Under the pieces are notes generated by a model that had not been told where the DNA came from, did not search any database, and saw only the letters and a program-made list of their open reading frames with translations. From a bacterium (GTDB taxonomy: Bacteria; Patescibacteriota; Dojkabacteria; SC72; WJKH01), in assembly GCA_029547225.1 (NCBI GenBank), contig JAKPPS010000040.1, positions 42,796 through 106,795 on the forward strand: 64,000 nucleotides of DNA. Reading direction: 5' to 3'. The translations under genes were made by a program, and so were the position numbers. Positions 62,511-64,000 of this stretch are shown here, piece by piece (position 1 is the first letter of the stretch; the number at the start of each line of letters is the position of its first letter).

Positions 62511-64000
62511 ATGGAACCAAAGCGCCCCGATTTGCTATACAAATCTATTATTGTCGTTTTGTGTTTATTGTCAATTGGTTTTTCGATTTATTTATATATA
62601 ACACTTCGTAAAATCAGTCCAATAATACAAGCTTCAAGAAGTTCAATACAAGATACTCTTTCTTCAATACAAATTCAGGATAGCTCTGGCAATTACACAA
62701 TTATTTCTCCCAAGGTCGTAATAAATGATATTGTTTCTGCACTTAAAAATGATCCTGCCTTTATTAATTCAATAGCTGGTTTACAAGGTGAGAAGGGTGA
62801 GAAGGGCGACACAGGAGAAACAGGCGCGACAGGTGCACAGGGATTGCAAGGCATACAAGGAGAAAAAGGCCAAGACGGATCCTCTACAGGTATACCAGGT
62901 CCTGCTGGTGCAGATGGTCTTGATGGAGTTGATGGATCGGATGGACTCAGTGCTTACGATATTGCCGTTGCTGAAGGCTATTCGGGTACTGTTGCTGAAT
63001 GGTTAGCTTCATTAATCGGACCACAAGGACCTGCAGGCGCTGATGGTATAAATGGAACTAATGGTCTTGATGGAATAGATGGATCGGATGGACTCAGTGC
63101 TTACGATATTGCCGTTGCTGAAGGCTATTCGGGTACTGTTGCTGAATGGTTAGCTTCATTAATCGGACCACAAGGACCTCAGGGGCTACAAGGTTTGCAG
63201 GGATTACAGGGAATTCAGGGAGAAGTTGGTCCTCAAGGGATTCAAGGTGAAACCGGACTACAAGGGCCCGCAGGTGCTGATGGTATTAACGGAGTTGATG
63301 GGTCAGATGGTCTTAGTGCATATGAAGTGGCTGTCGCACAGGGATATTCGGGTACTGTTGCTGAATGGTTAGCTTCATTGATAGGTCCACAAGGACCTCA
63401 GGGGCTACAAGGATTACAGGGAATTCAGGGAGAAGTTGGTCCTCAAGGCATACAGGGTGAAACAGGTGCTACTGGCCCTCAAGGACCACAGGGCGAACAG
63501 GGTTTACAAGGATTACAAGGAATACAGGGTGAAACCGGACTACAAGGGCCCGCAGGTGCTGATGGTATTAACGGAGTTGATGGGTCAGATGGTCTTAGTG
63601 CATATGAAGTGGCTGTCGCACAGGGATATTCGGGTACTGTTACTGACTGGTTAGCTTCGTTAATCGGTCCACAAGGACCTCAGGGAGAGCAAGGATTACA
63701 AGGAATACAGGGTGAAACTGGTGCTACCGGTCCAGCAGGTGATCCACTTGGCGGGTTGACTGATCCGGGTGCCGATAGAATTATGTTTTGGGATGAAAGC
63801 GCGAATGCTCCAGTCTGGTTATCATTAGGAGGTAATCTTGCAATAACAGAGACAACTTTAGATGCAATAATACCTGCCGATAGTTATGTTACTGGAGTTG
63901 CTTTTACCGGTACAAGCACAAAAACTTTAACAGTAACAAGAAGTAACAGCTTACCAGATCTGACTGCAACATTTGATGATATTGGTTTTGCAAATCCAAT
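62511..64000 (+). CDS. Membrane-anchored collagen-like fibre protein, truncated by the window end (absent from the ORF track)
   Basis: MEPKRPDLLYKSIIVVLCLLSIGFSIYLY.. TM, then Gly-X-Y runs with four SAY(D/E)(I/V)AVA(E/Q)GYSGTV(A/T)(E/D)WLASLIG units; no stop to base 64000. Confidence 0.92.
   Translation, partial: MEPKRPDLLYKSIIVVLCLLSIGFSIYLYITLRKISPIIQASRSSIQDTLSSIQIQDSSGNYTIISPKVVINDIVSALKNDPAFINSIAGLQGEKGEKGDTGETGATGAQGLQGIQGEKGQDGSSTGIPGPAGADGLDGVDGSDGLSAYDIAVAEGYSGTVAEWLASLIGPQGPAGADGINGTNGLDGIDGSDGLSAYDIAVAEGYSGTVAEWLASLIGPQGPQGLQGLQGLQGIQGEVGPQGIQGETGLQGPAGADGINGVDGSDGLSAYEVAVAQGYSGTVAEWLASLIGPQGPQGLQGLQGIQGEVGPQGIQGETGATGPQGPQGEQGLQGLQGIQGETGLQGPAGADGINGVDGSDGLSAYEVAVAQGYSGTVTDWLASLIGPQGPQGEQGLQGIQGETGATGPAGDPLGGLTDPGADRIMFWDESANAPVWLSLGGNLAITETTLDAIIPADSYVTGVAFTGTSTKTLTVTRSNSLPDLTATFDDIGFANP
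62931..63641 (+). repeat. Two pairs of identical intragenic direct repeats
   Basis: 102 nt at 62931-63032 equals 63078-63179 (period 147); 114 nt at 63246-63359 equals 63528-63641 (period 282). Confidence 0.9.

Noticed and set aside
62788..63654. ORFs 62788-63006 and 63436-63654
   Set aside because: Alternate-frame shadows of the collagen-like gene starting at 62511
62931..63680. Spaced direct repeats considered as a CRISPR array
   Set aside because: Repeats are over 100 nt, in frame and protein-coding; no cas genes
1..64000. Alternative genetic code (TGA=Gly), as in Gracilibacteria/Absconditabacteria
   Set aside because: Long genes are intact under code 11 and TGA terminates genes at expected positions; the only internal stop noted is a TAA

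Overview
AT-rich bacterial chromosome segment using the standard genetic code (TGA serves as stop, e.g. the ATGA overlap at 37663-37666). Gene content suggests a CPR/Patescibacteria-type organism (inference from tandem VirB2/TrbC-like pilins, a form II/III RuBisCO, large surface proteins and TGn-TATAAT promoters with few SD-like sites). Layout: 1-9.7 kb, tRNA/RNA-handling and housekeeping genes (miaA, 2H phosphodiesterase, serS, a divergent single-domain primase-like protein, TrmH, recG, a degenerate RelA/SpoT). 9.8-21.6 kb, an envelope/contact block (permuted SpoIID-type protein, four pilins, UvrD-nuclease fusion, large M23 peptidase). 21.7-53.1 kb, a ~31 kb surface-glycan locus with two Wzm/Wzt pairs, two flippase-like proteins, many glycosyltransferases (one frameshifted, one probable ribofuranosyl polymerase), wecB, gmd and fcl. 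53.6-64 kb, RhuM, a bactofilin-like repeat membrane protein, a form II/III RuBisCO with an unusually long insertion and an upstream perfect 24-bp palindrome, an M14 peptidase, a Cys-motif gene module with an in-frame stop, and a collagen-like fibre protein running off the window end. I recognised no tRNA, rRNA, CRISPR array or transposase. All family assignments are from motif recognition by eye; no searches were run.
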